From: Nitrospirota bacterium
GTDB taxonomy: Bacteria > Nitrospirota > Thermodesulfovibrionia > Thermodesulfovibrionales > Dissulfurispiraceae
Direction of reading: 5' to 3'
Assembly: GCA_963710375.1 (NCBI GenBank)
Contig: CAVPZX010000008.1
Location: forward strand, 160,001-224,000
DNA: 64,000 bases
This document shows positions 10,397 to 19,876 of this stretch, piece by piece. The notes beneath the pieces are model-generated. The model was not told the origin of the DNA. It ran no database searches and saw only the letters and a program-made list of their open reading frames with translations. The translations under genes were made by a program, and so were the position numbers. The stretch's first letter is position 1; the number at the start of each line of letters is the position of its first letter.

Positions 10397-10412
10397 TGCA
10401 ATATCGGTGCCA
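10397..10412 (-). promoter_or_regulatory. Sigma54 promoter of the flgF operon
   Basis: Minus strand TGGCAC-CGATA-TTGCA, a consensus -24/-12 element. Confidence 0.88.
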
Positions 10413-10429
10413 CTGAGAGATAATTAGAG

Positions 10430-10456
10430 TAAAGGGATCATGATTTTAACCGATAA
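10430..10456 (+). promoter_or_regulatory. Sigma28 promoter of the small plus-strand ORF
   Basis: TAAA-N15-ACCGATAA, 10 nt upstream of ATG 10467. Confidence 0.72.
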
Positions 10457-10466
10457 ATAAGGCAAG

Positions 10467-10661
10467 ATGGCTGATGATGAGGGCATAATAGACGTCTACA
10501 GGGTTCGGGAAGTGACAGGTATCGGTCCGCCCCGTGTCTTTCCCATGAGCCGCGTTGCTAAGAGGAAAAAGAGGCCCGTTCAGGAGGAAGCGGAGCCTTT
10601 GGAAGAAACAATAGAGGAAGAGTCTCCCAAATCAGGCGAAGGAATCGATATCGAGGTATAA
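10467..10661 (+). CDS. Small hypothetical protein (64 aa), probably sigma28-dependent
   Basis: Only credible plus-strand ORF in the window; fills an intergenic gap; basic KRKKR patch, acidic tail, ends GEGIDIEV. Confidence 0.65.
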   Translation: MADDEGIIDVYRVREVTGIGPPRVFPMSRVAKRKKRPVQEEAEPLEETIEEESPKSGEGIDIEV

Positions 10662-10687
10662 TTTTCCTATCGCAGGTAAAATTTTCC
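10655..10687. promoter_or_regulatory. Paired candidate activator-binding sites (GG-N9-CC) upstream of the flgF sigma54 promoter
   Basis: GGTATAATTTTCC (10655-10667) and GGTAAAATTTTCC (10675-10687); similar pair upstream of fliK. Confidence 0.45.
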
Positions 10688-10709
10688 CGCTTTTAGGGCT
10701 CACGAACCT

Positions 10710-11552
10710 TTATTCGAGCAAATGCTCTTTTTGAGCGTCGAAATCCCGCTTCAGGTTTTCCTGTATTGAGTTAAACCGTCTCGTTGTCAACCCTAATTGT
10801 TCAAAGCCGATTTTGGAAAATTCTACCGGACCCTGCATCCCTATTCCCATATGAAGACACATTGCATCAGCTACCTGAACTATCTGGCACATCGTCTCGT
10901 AGCCGCTGTCTTCAAAAGGCGGATACTGCTCAGCATGATGATATTCGATTACCGCCTCAAGGTTCCTGGGGAGTTTCCACTTCCTCGCGATAAGCCCCCC
11001 GACATTGCAGTGATTGAATCCCAGTATCGCATCCTCGGCCACAATGGAAGGGATCTTTTCCGCATATACCTTGTCGGTGACCAATTTGTACTGATCAGGC
11101 AGACTATTGTTAATGACGATCTTCCCAACGTCATGTATTAAACCCCCGATAAGCACATCGTCCGGCATCAGCATTTTAGTGTCTGCCGCCAGGAGCGATG
11201 CTGCTATCGACACACCCAGACTATGCTCCCAATGCTGCTGCTCGAAGGGTCCTGATTTCCTGTGAAGATCTTTCAGGGAAGCAGACATTACCAGGGACTT
11301 CACTGAATTAAAACCTATAATAATTATAGCTGTAGAAATCGCATCAACACACTTGCCTCTGCCGTAATATGGCGAATTGGCTATTTTCAAAATACGGGTC
11401 GAAAAGGACTGGTCCTGGGCTATAATGTTTTCAAGCTCATTGATAGATGAATAATCACTACTGACCAATTTCAGGACTTTTGACGCCACGGGAGGAATAC
11501 TCGGGACATCAACAGTCTGCATAATAATTTTTTCCAGGGTATCTTCTCTCAT
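10710..11552 (-). CDS. HDOD domain signalling protein
   Basis: VPSIPPVA...ILKIANSPYYG...HSLGV...GLIHDVGK...ARKWKLP...IEYHH. Confidence 0.9.
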   Translation of the reverse strand: MREDTLEKIIMQTVDVPSIPPVASKVLKLVSSDYSSINELENIIAQDQSFSTRILKIANSPYYGRGKCVDAISTAIIIIGFNSVKSLVMSASLKDLHRKSGPFEQQHWEHSLGVSIAASLLAADTKMLMPDDVLIGGLIHDVGKIVINNSLPDQYKLVTDKVYAEKIPSIVAEDAILGFNHCNVGGLIARKWKLPRNLEAVIEYHHAEQYPPFEDSGYETMCQIVQVADAMCLHMGIGMQGPVEFSKIGFEQLGLTTRRFNSIQENLKRDFDAQKEHLLE

Positions 11553-11622
11553 CGCTGTTCAAACTCCTCTCATATTATGATAACAGAAAAGAGCATTACT
11601 CTTCTGCTCTTGCCTCTTGCCT

Positions 11623-12684
11623 TTAGACAGAGTTAATGATTTCTCCGGCCATATCTTCCAGCGATAGCACTTTATCTGCAATTCCCGCATCGACTACAGC
11701 CTTCGGCATGCCATATACTACACAGGTTTCCTCATCCTGCGCAAATATCCTCCCACCTGTTTTTTTCAGGCTGATCAACCCCTTTAGACCATCATTACCC
11801 ATGCCGGTCAGTATTACTCCCAGCGCCCTGCCCGGGAAACATTCCGCTACAGAACCCATCAGTGCATCTACCGAGGGTCTGTATATAAAATCCTCTTTAT
11901 TGTCGGAAATGCTGACAGCAGTCTCTATCCCCCTCACCCTCTTTACACGCATATGGCCCCAGCCCGGTGCTATAAGGGCAACTCCAGGCTTCAAAGTCTC
12001 CCCCTCCTTTGCCTCCCTGACCTCTATCTGGCTCAACTGATTAAGCCTTTCAGCAAAAGGACCGGTAAAGTTAGGCGGCATATGCTGGGCGATAACAATC
12101 GGAGAAGGAAATTCCTTCGGAAGCCTCGGGATGATCTCCTGTAAAGCCTTCGGACCGCCGGTAGAGGTGCCTATAGCGAGAATCCCAATCCTCCGCTCGC
12201 CGGTGGTCCTGAGCGGCATATGGGTTGGGACCTCAATTGGTTTCGGTGCTGCTGCCCTGCCGGCCGGCCTGACCTGCCTTTTGACAAGACCTTTCCTTGC
12301 TATCTGCTTTATTTTATCGATCAATATCTCCTTGATCTTCACAATATTGATCGAAAGTTCGGACAGGTTTTTAGGTATGAAGTCAACTGCGCCCAGGTCA
12401 AGGGCATCCAGCGTTACCTTTGCACCTTCTGTTGTAATAGAACTTACCATAATTACCGGCAAGGGATTTGTCACCATGATATGTCTCAACGCGGAAATCC
12501 CGTCCATTCGCGGCATTTCAACATCCATGGTGACAATATCAGGCTTGAGACTCCCGATTTTCTCGATCGCCTCAAGTCCGTCTCTGGCAGTGCCGACGAT
12601 TTTGATCTCTGGATCAGAGGAAAGCATAGCGGACAATGCATTCCTCATAAAGGCAGAATCATCAACAATAAGCAGCTTTACCAT
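11623..12684 (-). CDS. cheB: Chemotaxis methylesterase CheB (REC + catalytic domain)
   Basis: REC domain; catalytic motifs GTSTGGP, AQHM and TGMGNDG. Confidence 0.97.
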   Translation of the reverse strand: MVKLLIVDDSAFMRNALSAMLSSDPEIKIVGTARDGLEAIEKIGSLKPDIVTMDVEMPRMDGISALRHIMVTNPLPVIMVSSITTEGAKVTLDALDLGAVDFIPKNLSELSINIVKIKEILIDKIKQIARKGLVKRQVRPAGRAAAPKPIEVPTHMPLRTTGERRIGILAIGTSTGGPKALQEIIPRLPKEFPSPIVIAQHMPPNFTGPFAERLNQLSQIEVREAKEGETLKPGVALIAPGWGHMRVKRVRGIETAVSISDNKEDFIYRPSVDALMGSVAECFPGRALGVILTGMGNDGLKGLISLKKTGGRIFAQDEETCVVYGMPKAVVDAGIADKVLSLEDMAGEIINSV

Positions 12685-12690
12685 GGCGCC

Positions 12691-13884
12691 TCAGAATCCA
12701 AGATCCTTAAGTAGTTCGTTGACATCCTCCTGTGAAACCTTCTCCGGAGCATTAATTTTATCTGATAACCGGAGCTCAGGCTTGACACCAAACGTCGTTA
12801 TAAGTTTTACCAACTCGTCTTCGATATCTCCGACAAGTTTTATCACTTTCTTGATGCTCTGCCCTGTAAGATCCTGGAACGACTGCGTAGTGAGAATTTC
12901 TGTGAGATCATCCTCTAATCCTGCCTTGAATGTCTTCAGATACTTAACCGATTCTTCCGGCTCCTTCAGATTTCGTATATGTGAACCAAGTCCGTCCATA
13001 ATTAATATATATTTCTCGACTATTCCCATCGTCTTGTTCGCGGCAGCTTCCGTCCTCTCAATAACGGCGTTCAACTGGTCAACGGCATTAGGCATCTCGG
13101 TGACTGCCATATCCCTGAGTTTCGGATCAAGTGCTTCTTTAAAGCTTCGTATAGAATCATGGAGTTTTCGCGTTACCTTTCCGACCTCCCGGTAGAGGTC
13201 ATTCTGCCCTTTCTTCAATATGCCCTGGATTGCACTGTCGGCTTTCTCATAGTCCTGGACCGCAATTGCATTCATGAAGCCGACCATTTCATCGAAGAGG
13301 GCGTAACGAGGGTCCGCAGTGTCGATTCCCTGCCGCGTAAGGAAATTAATTGCGTTGCTCACGTCATTGACAAGTCCTTCTTGTCCTGTACCCTCGACCT
13401 GCTTTATCACCTGTAGCTGATCGATCTCATTCTTCACTTCTTCATTCTTCACTTCAAACATCTCATCATCAAACATGCTCATGTCTTCAAGAGGTATCAA
13501 CTTCTTTGTATCCAGCAGGACGATTAACTTTTCGCCTACCTTTGCAACGCCGGATACAATATCTGAAGTGTTAAAGTCACTAGGGGGCTCTATCGCTGAA
13601 TCCTCTATCGTAACAACACCCGTTATGGCATCGATAAGCACTCCGAAGATTATACGGCCGCTCGTTACAACAATTACCTTCTCTCCTAAAGAATCCCCTC
13701 CGAGGCCAACCATTTTTTTCAGGTTTACGATGGGAATGATCCTTCCCCTGAGGTTGGTAACGCCCTCTATATAATGAGGGACTTGCGGCAGCCTTGTCAG
13801 GTGCGGAAGATTAACAATCTCCTGGACTTTGAGAATCGGTATAGTGTATTCATTACCGTTCATGGTAAAACCTATATACTGCAT
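12691..13884 (-). CDS. CheW-CheZ fusion protein
   Basis: N-terminal CheW (IEGVTNLRGRIIPIVNL); C-terminal CheZ (RTEAAANKTM, EILTTQSFQDLTGQSIKKV, VSQEDVNELLKDLGF). Confidence 0.88.
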   Translation of the reverse strand: MQYIGFTMNGNEYTIPILKVQEIVNLPHLTRLPQVPHYIEGVTNLRGRIIPIVNLKKMVGLGGDSLGEKVIVVTSGRIIFGVLIDAITGVVTIEDSAIEPPSDFNTSDIVSGVAKVGEKLIVLLDTKKLIPLEDMSMFDDEMFEVKNEEVKNEIDQLQVIKQVEGTGQEGLVNDVSNAINFLTRQGIDTADPRYALFDEMVGFMNAIAVQDYEKADSAIQGILKKGQNDLYREVGKVTRKLHDSIRSFKEALDPKLRDMAVTEMPNAVDQLNAVIERTEAAANKTMGIVEKYILIMDGLGSHIRNLKEPEESVKYLKTFKAGLEDDLTEILTTQSFQDLTGQSIKKVIKLVGDIEDELVKLITTFGVKPELRLSDKINAPEKVSQEDVNELLKDLGF

Positions 13885-13900
13885 ATTTCCTCCTAGACAT

Positions 13901-13987
13901 CAGGTTAAGGTTGAGGTTAAGGTTGAGATAGACAGCTAAAATTTTTAGAAGCCTTTATTTCTAAACCTTAACCTAACCCTTAACCTG
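13901..13987. repeat. Inverted hexamer array (AGGTTA/AGGTTG)n...(AACCTT)n
   Basis: CAGGTTAAGGTTGAGGTTAAGGTTGAG...CTAAACCTTAACCTAACCCTTAACCTG. Confidence 0.85.
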
Positions 13988-13998
13988 TTTTTATAATG

Positions 13999-15765
13999 CT
14001 ATTTATTTACAAATATATTGCGTGAAAATACTGCAAGATCAAGAATAAGTACAACCCTCCCGTCACCGGTGATTGTGGCGCCCAATATGCCGCATTCTTC
14101 CGATTCTATTCCGTTGATCGTCTTGATCACTATCTCCTCCTGTCCGATCAATTCATCGACTGCGATGCAAAACCGCCTGTCTCCGACGAGCACGACAAGC
14201 ACATAGGTATGGTCCTTTGGCTCATTGTTTCTATTCTGCACCGAGAGGACATCGGACATATCGAACAGCGGGACAACCCTGCCCCTTATAGTCAGGACCT
14301 TCTGCCCGGTTATGTCCTTTATATTGCTTTTTTTAATCCTGAGTGTTTCTTCTATCATGGATTGAGGGACAGCGTAAAACTCTGCGCCCACCCTGACCAT
14401 CATGGCCTGCAATATAGCAAGTGTAAGAGGCAGACTTATTTTGAAGGTGGTCCCGATATCTTTTTTTGAAATAACTTCAACATACCCGTTCAGTTTCCCA
14501 ACGTTAGTTTTAACCACATCCATTCCGACCCCCCGGCCGCTCAATTCGGTCGAAACGTCCTTGGTAGAGAATCCCGGAAGGAAGATCAGGTTTATTGCTG
14601 CATCGTCGGACATCTTCTGCGACTCTTCTTCTGATATAAGCCTTTTTGCCAGCGCTTTTCTCTTAACAGCTTCAATATCAATACCCTTGCCGTCGTCTGA
14701 GACTTCAATCACTATCTGCGTCCCTTTTTGGTAAGCGCTCAGAATTATTCTCCCTTTTTTCGGCTTGCCTTTCAGTTCTCTTTCATCCGCAAACTCGATC
14801 GCATGGTCTATGGAATTCCTGATGATATGTACAAGTGGATCACCGATATTCTCGATAACAGTTTTATCGACCTCAGTATCCTCACCAAACATCTCCAGAT
14901 CTATGTCCTTGCCAAGGGTCCTTGACATATCTCTTACCATTCTGGGGAACTTGCCGAAAACCTTCTGAATGGGCTGCATCCTCATTTTCATCACAGCAAG
15001 TTGAAGATCAGAGGTGACTCTATCCAGAAAACCGGTTGTTTCAAGAAGGCTTTCAACGTATGGATCATCGGAATAATTTACATCGAGCTTGGCTGCAAGG
15101 TTAAGCAGCCTGTTCCTGGCGAGAACTATCTCTCCGGCAAAGTCCATCACTTTATCAATTCTCGACACGTCAACTCTCAGCTGAGATACGACTTCTCTTT
15201 CCTTCGCAATCTGCTGTGCCTGGTCAGCTGTAAACGAAGGGGAAGGTATAGGTTCAGCTTTTTCTTCTGGCTCTGCCTCGGCTTTTTGTTCTGGCTCTGC
15301 CTTTGTCTCTACCTCTGGCTCTGGCTCTGTCTTTGCCTCTACTTTTATCTTTTCTTCCTCCATCCGGGTTGCCGTCTTTGCAGATTCCGAAGCCCTGTCT
15401 AATTCTTTAAGGAGATTTGAAATATCTTCCTCGATGCCGTCTTTCATCTTTATATGGAAAATAAAGAGCCGTAATGCATCGACACTCTTCAGTATGACGT
15501 CCATCAACTCCCTCGAAAGGACAATTTCAGCATCCCGAAGCCGTTTCATGATGCTTTCAGCCCTGTGGGCAACATCAACTATGGGCTGAAAGCCGAGAAA
15601 CCCGGCAGCTCCCTTGAGAGTATGCATGCCGCGAAAGATCTCATTGAGGATGTCTTTATCATAGCCCTTAGCTTCCAGTTCGACAAACATGGGATCGATT
15701 CTTTCAAGCGTTTCCGCGGCTTCGATGACGAATTCGCTTATTATTTCATCCATTTCGTCAGCCAT
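13999..15765 (-). CDS. cheA: Chemotaxis histidine kinase CheA (no P2 domain)
   Basis: Hpt IFRGMHTLKG; LVHIIRNSIDH; DDGKGID; SGRGVGMDVV; C-terminal CheW-like domain. Confidence 0.97.
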   Translation of the reverse strand: MADEMDEIISEFVIEAAETLERIDPMFVELEAKGYDKDILNEIFRGMHTLKGAAGFLGFQPIVDVAHRAESIMKRLRDAEIVLSRELMDVILKSVDALRLFIFHIKMKDGIEEDISNLLKELDRASESAKTATRMEEEKIKVEAKTEPEPEVETKAEPEQKAEAEPEEKAEPIPSPSFTADQAQQIAKEREVVSQLRVDVSRIDKVMDFAGEIVLARNRLLNLAAKLDVNYSDDPYVESLLETTGFLDRVTSDLQLAVMKMRMQPIQKVFGKFPRMVRDMSRTLGKDIDLEMFGEDTEVDKTVIENIGDPLVHIIRNSIDHAIEFADERELKGKPKKGRIILSAYQKGTQIVIEVSDDGKGIDIEAVKRKALAKRLISEEESQKMSDDAAINLIFLPGFSTKDVSTELSGRGVGMDVVKTNVGKLNGYVEVISKKDIGTTFKISLPLTLAILQAMMVRVGAEFYAVPQSMIEETLRIKKSNIKDITGQKVLTIRGRVVPLFDMSDVLSVQNRNNEPKDHTYVLVVLVGDRRFCIAVDELIGQEEIVIKTINGIESEECGILGATITGDGRVVLILDLAVFSRNIFVNK

Positions 15766-15767
15766 GA

Positions 15768-16175
15768 TTATCCTCCTGCTTTCAAAGATTTCTTCTTTTC
15801 CGCAATTTTTTCGAGTTTTTCTCTAAGTATCTCAGCAGTAAATGGCTTAACGACATAGTTGTCGACTCCTGCTTTAATGGCTTCTATCACTTTCTCCTTT
15901 TCCGCCTCTGCCGTGACCATTAGAAAAGGAATGTCCCTCAACGGTTCTGGCTCCTTCCTGACTTTTCTGAGAAGTTCGATACCCTCCATATTCGGCATAT
16001 TCCAGTCGGAAATTATCAGCCCGAAATTGCCGCCTCTCAGCCGATTCAATGCCTGTACCCCATCTTCAGCCTCATCTATATGTTCAAAGCCCAGCTGTTT
16101 CAGAAGATTCCGCACTATTCTTCTCATCGTCGGGAAGTCGTCGACAACAAGCACTTTGAGGCCTAGATTAAACAT
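15768..16175 (-). CDS. cheY: Chemotaxis response regulator CheY
   Basis: [18 protein letters not shown]...DWNMPNM...YVVKPFT; start placed at ATG 16175 after GGAGGTG. Confidence 0.95.
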   Translation of the reverse strand: MFNLGLKVLVVDDFPTMRRIVRNLLKQLGFEHIDEAEDGVQALNRLRGGNFGLIISDWNMPNMEGIELLRKVRKEPEPLRDIPFLMVTAEAEKEKVIEAIKAGVDNYVVKPFTAEILREKLEKIAEKKKSLKAGG

Positions 16176-16557
16176 TACCATCACCTCCGCTAAATATCTT
16201 TTTGACAATGCGCTTTATACTGTCACTAATCGCGTCTGCATTAGTAGGTTTGACCAAATAGTCATCAACACCGGCATCAAATGCTTTTTTCTTTTCGTCG
16301 TCATCAGCTTCTGTAGTGACCATAATTATCGGAATATCTTTCAAGACGGTATCTGACCGCAATGTTTTTGTAAGCTCAATGCCGTCCATGTACGGCATGT
16401 TCATATCGGTAACAACAAGGTTTATACTTTCGGTCCCGAGTTTTTCAATTGCATCCAGTCCGTTTTCTGCAGGCACAACCTCGTATCCTTTTCCCTTAAG
16501 GTACAGACTGAGCAGTTTCCTCGTTGTTTTGTCATCATCAACAATCAATAGCTTCAT
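16168..16557 (-). CDS. Second CheY-like single-domain response regulator
   Basis: LIVDDD...[10 protein letters not shown]...MVTTE...YLVKP. Confidence 0.9.
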   Translation of the reverse strand: MKLLIVDDDKTTRKLLSLYLKGKGYEVVPAENGLDAIEKLGTESINLVVTDMNMPYMDGIELTKTLRSDTVLKDIPIIMVTTEADDDEKKKAFDAGVDDYLVKPTNADAISDSIKRIVKKIFSGGDGNV

Positions 16558-16577
16558 GTTCGAACACCCCCGAAAAT

Positions 16578-16703
16578 CAGGTTAAGGTTGAGGTTTAGGT
16601 CGAGACAAAAAACATGGTAACCAAAATTCCCCCCAGCTCCGTCAATCATATGTTGCACCTCGGCTTTATTATTATTCTTAACCTAAACCTAACCCTTAAC
16701 CTG
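16578..16703. repeat. Inverted hexamer array element
   Basis: CAGGTTAAGGTTGAGGTTTAGGTCGAG...CTTAACCTAAACCTAACCCTTAACCTG. Confidence 0.85.
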
Positions 16704-16706
16704 TTT

Positions 16707-17537
16707 TTACACTTTCTGGTATATAATGACCTTATTTATAACCACCGGTCTGAAGGCCCTCGTCAGATTATGGAGGCTTTCAGATGTGCCGATGATTAGG
16801 TATCCGCCCGGCCTGAGAGCATCATACAAATGCGATACCACCTTCTGCTTGGCCTTATCGTCAAAATAAATAAGGACATTCCTGCAGAAAATTACATCGA
16901 CCCCTCGTATCATCCTGACATCTTTCTCTTCGACCAGATTTACCTTCGAGAATTTTACCATCGATTTGACCGTACTCGATAAACTATATTGCATGTCGGT
17001 GTTTTTAAAGTATTTGTTCAAGTAAGCGCCTGGGACATTCCGTATGGCATATGAACCGTATACGCCTGCACGCGCAGATACCAGGACTGATTCGCTGATG
17101 TCCGAAGCCAGGATATCTTTTTTGAATCCGGCGAGTTCAACTTTTTCGAGAAGGACCATTGAAACGGTATAAGCTTCCTCCCCGGTAGAAGATGCGGCAG
17201 ACCATATTTTTATGTCCCTGCGGCCTGTTTTAGCATTTTCAGCAGTGATCTGGTTTAACAATTCACCTCTGAACACCTCGAATTGCAGCGGCTCACGGAA
17301 GAAAAAAGTCTCATTGGTAGTTATTAAATCAAAAAGCCGCTGAAGTTCGTTGTGATCGGAATTATACCTGAGATTATACAGGTAATCCTCGTAGCCCTTG
17401 AGGTTCAATTCCTGTATTCTTCTTCCGAGTCTGTTCTCAAGAAAATATTTTTTATTGTCCGGAATAAAAATACCGCTTTTCTCATAAATAAAGTCCCTGA
17501 ATTGTTTAAATACCTCATCTGTTATTGAGATCATCAT
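16707..17537 (-). CDS. cheR: Chemotaxis methyltransferase CheR
   Basis: TTNETFFFRE, IWSAASSTGEEAY and IFCRNVLIYFD motifs. Confidence 0.97.
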   Translation of the reverse strand: MMISITDEVFKQFRDFIYEKSGIFIPDNKKYFLENRLGRRIQELNLKGYEDYLYNLRYNSDHNELQRLFDLITTNETFFFREPLQFEVFRGELLNQITAENAKTGRRDIKIWSAASSTGEEAYTVSMVLLEKVELAGFKKDILASDISESVLVSARAGVYGSYAIRNVPGAYLNKYFKNTDMQYSLSSTVKSMVKFSKVNLVEEKDVRMIRGVDVIFCRNVLIYFDDKAKQKVVSHLYDALRPGGYLIIGTSESLHNLTRAFRPVVINKVIIYQKV

Positions 17538-19408
17538 AAAGAGTTGAGCGCCTCCCGGATTTTCTCCCGGACATCTTTATTATCATGTTCTTCATGCGCA
17601 GAAAGCACCTCATACGCTTCCCGTCCGCCCAGTTCAACAATGGCGTCTATGGCAGACATTACAACCGGGATGAACTCATCAAGAAGCAATGGAGCTATCT
17701 TGCTGATTGCCGTTTCTCTCTCGCAGGAGAAAGCAACAGTCTTGATCGTATAAAAACGGACCCAGGAGTCGTCGTCAACCAGTGCATTCAAAAGTTCCGG
17801 GGAGCAGCAACGCGCCTCTCCAAGGCCAACCACTGCGGCCTTCCTTATATCTGCATCACCGTCTACCAAAAATTGAATCAGCCGCGAGTTGCACTGATCG
17901 GTGCCCAAACTGCCCAGGCTGTAAATGGCGGCAATTTTTACTTTCTTATCAGGGTCCTCGGTCAGCCTCAGTAGAATATCTATATCCGATACAGTCTTGG
18001 CAGTGATCTCGCGGATAACTGCACTGTATTGGGTAATGCCGGAAAGGAACCTGCCCGCATCTATCTTGAGGAGCGATTCAACAATTTTCTCAAGCACATC
18101 AAAATACTTTTCCACATACATAAGTTCCGCGAGCGGTTCATATGCTTCTTTTGCCCGTATAGTGCCTAGTGCCTCAATTGCAATTCGTCTCACATGAGCA
18201 TCCACATCGCGCTGCGATGTCTCAAGCAGAGGATTTATAGACTCAGGACCGCCTATTGCGCCAAGCGCAAGGGTAGAAGCCCTCCTCAAATCCCTCCTCG
18301 TGTCATTCAAATACCTGATAAGGACAGGAATAGCGCTGCCGCTTTTCATTTCACCCAGAATCTCTATCGCAACCGACTTCCCCCGGTACCTCATGTCCTG
18401 AAGCTCAAGCAGCCGTATGAGTTCCTTTTCGGAATCAATCGACTTAATGGTAGATTTCAACATCGAAATCTTCTCTTCATTGTCAGGCAATGAGGGGTCA
18501 AGGGATCCCGTAACATCAACCATAAGGCTGACAGCTTCTCTGCAATTAAGCGCTGCTATACCCTTCAGCGCCACCTCTTTGTCTTCCCATTCACCCTCTT
18601 TGAGCATGGTTATCAGGTATTCTGCAATATCGGACATATCGGGGTTAATGCCTATTTTGATGAGACTTTTAATTACCGCGTTTCTTTCATCCTGAGGTGC
18701 ATGCTGCAGATAGGCGACGAGCTTCTCTGCTGCTTTATCTGAGCCCAGCTTGCCAAGAGTATCAATAGCCTCAAGCCGGACAACCTGGGAAGGAAGCGCC
18801 AGCAGCCCGGCTATCTGCTCTACTGTACTATCATCCTTGAGTTCGCCAAGCGATTGCAACACTGAAAAACAGACCCATTCCTCGTCATTCAATGCATTAA
18901 CCAGTTCCGGAATGGCCTGACGATATCCAAGCAGTCCGACTGCCTCTGCCGCAGCAGCCCGTACATTGCTGTTGCTGTCTTTGAGCAGCGGGACGATATA
19001 AGACGGGTCAACGCCATGGCCTATATCGGCCAAAAGGTCAATGGCGAATTTTCTCACATCGTCATCTTTATCTTTAAGCAGCGGGTAAAGAAGCGGTAAC
19101 GATACGCCCCCCAGGCGCGTGAGGATAATAAGAGCAGTGTTGCGAAGATATGAATTTTCCCTTAAGAGCGGCAGCACCATGTAAGCGGTCACCTCTCCTC
19201 CGATGGCTATCAGGGACCTCATTGCAGCATCCTGCACACCAGCACTTTCATCGCTCAGCGCTTTTATCAGTGGAAATAAGGCCCTTTCATCACTTTCAGC
19301 CAACTCCTCGATAGTCCGTTTTCTGACAGAAGGGTCTTGATCTGATAATTTCTTAATCAAATTATTGATATTCTTTGCCACGTAATCAGCCTCCGAATGA
19401 CCCTCCAC
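17534..19408 (-). CDS. HEAT/PBS-lyase repeat protein heading the che operon
   Basis: Many L-x-D-x-D-x-x-V-R-x-x-A-x-x-x-L-G repeats; overlaps the cheR start. Confidence 0.9.
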   Translation of the reverse strand: MEGHSEADYVAKNINNLIKKLSDQDPSVRKRTIEELAESDERALFPLIKALSDESAGVQDAAMRSLIAIGGEVTAYMVLPLLRENSYLRNTALIILTRLGGVSLPLLYPLLKDKDDDVRKFAIDLLADIGHGVDPSYIVPLLKDSNSNVRAAAAEAVGLLGYRQAIPELVNALNDEEWVCFSVLQSLGELKDDSTVEQIAGLLALPSQVVRLEAIDTLGKLGSDKAAEKLVAYLQHAPQDERNAVIKSLIKIGINPDMSDIAEYLITMLKEGEWEDKEVALKGIAALNCREAVSLMVDVTGSLDPSLPDNEEKISMLKSTIKSIDSEKELIRLLELQDMRYRGKSVAIEILGEMKSGSAIPVLIRYLNDTRRDLRRASTLALGAIGGPESINPLLETSQRDVDAHVRRIAIEALGTIRAKEAYEPLAELMYVEKYFDVLEKIVESLLKIDAGRFLSGITQYSAVIREITAKTVSDIDILLRLTEDPDKKVKIAAIYSLGSLGTDQCNSRLIQFLVDGDADIRKAAVVGLGEARCCSPELLNALVDDDSWVRFYTIKTVAFSCERETAISKIAPLLLDEFIPVVMSAIDAIVELGGREAYEVLSAHEEHDNKDVREKIREALNSL

Positions 19409-19671
19409 ATATCAAGGAGAGATGAGGTAATCCTGCAACTTGCTACAGGGTTTGCTTGTTTAAAATCTGTTATAGAATAATATATAAACTATATAAAAGT
19501 ATTCAAGGACTATAATTATACCTAAAAAAAGATATATAAAAAAACAAATGGCATAGGAGACAGCGGCTCATCTTGTTTTTGCCCAAATAGAAATGTCCGT
19601 TTTTTTACGCCGCCGCTTTCCTCAATGTTTTGAGTTGTAACATATCTTATATTCTATTGATGTAATGATAA

Positions 19672-19687
19672 AGCAAGGACTATGCCA
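19672..19687 (-). promoter_or_regulatory. Sigma54 promoter upstream of the HEAT-che operon
   Basis: Minus strand TGGCAT-AGTCC-TTGCT. Confidence 0.7.
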
Positions 19688-19876
19688 GACGAGGCAATCT
19701 ATTATCTTTTTGATTTATTGGGATTTTTGAGGAATCTTATACAGCATGGAGATGGATTAATTCCAATGTTTATAGAAAAAATACATACTTTTAATTAATC
19801 ACCGTTTATCACGGCAGCTCAAGCTCCTAATTCCGGGACGCTCCTTGCTGATCCGCAGCCCCCAATGTTCTCTCCC

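Noticed and set aside
12131..13195. 354-aa plus-strand ORF and the many other plus-strand ORFs in the track
   Set aside because: Antisense shadows of well-supported minus-strand genes; no recognisable motifs.
16614..16799. 61-aa ORF containing ILNLNLTLNL (and similar 50505-50834)
   Set aside because: Translation of the hexamer repeat element plus antisense overlap with real genes.
19409..19670. AT-rich leader upstream of the HEAT gene as a riboswitch or sRNA
   Set aside because: No recognisable conserved structure or motif by eye.
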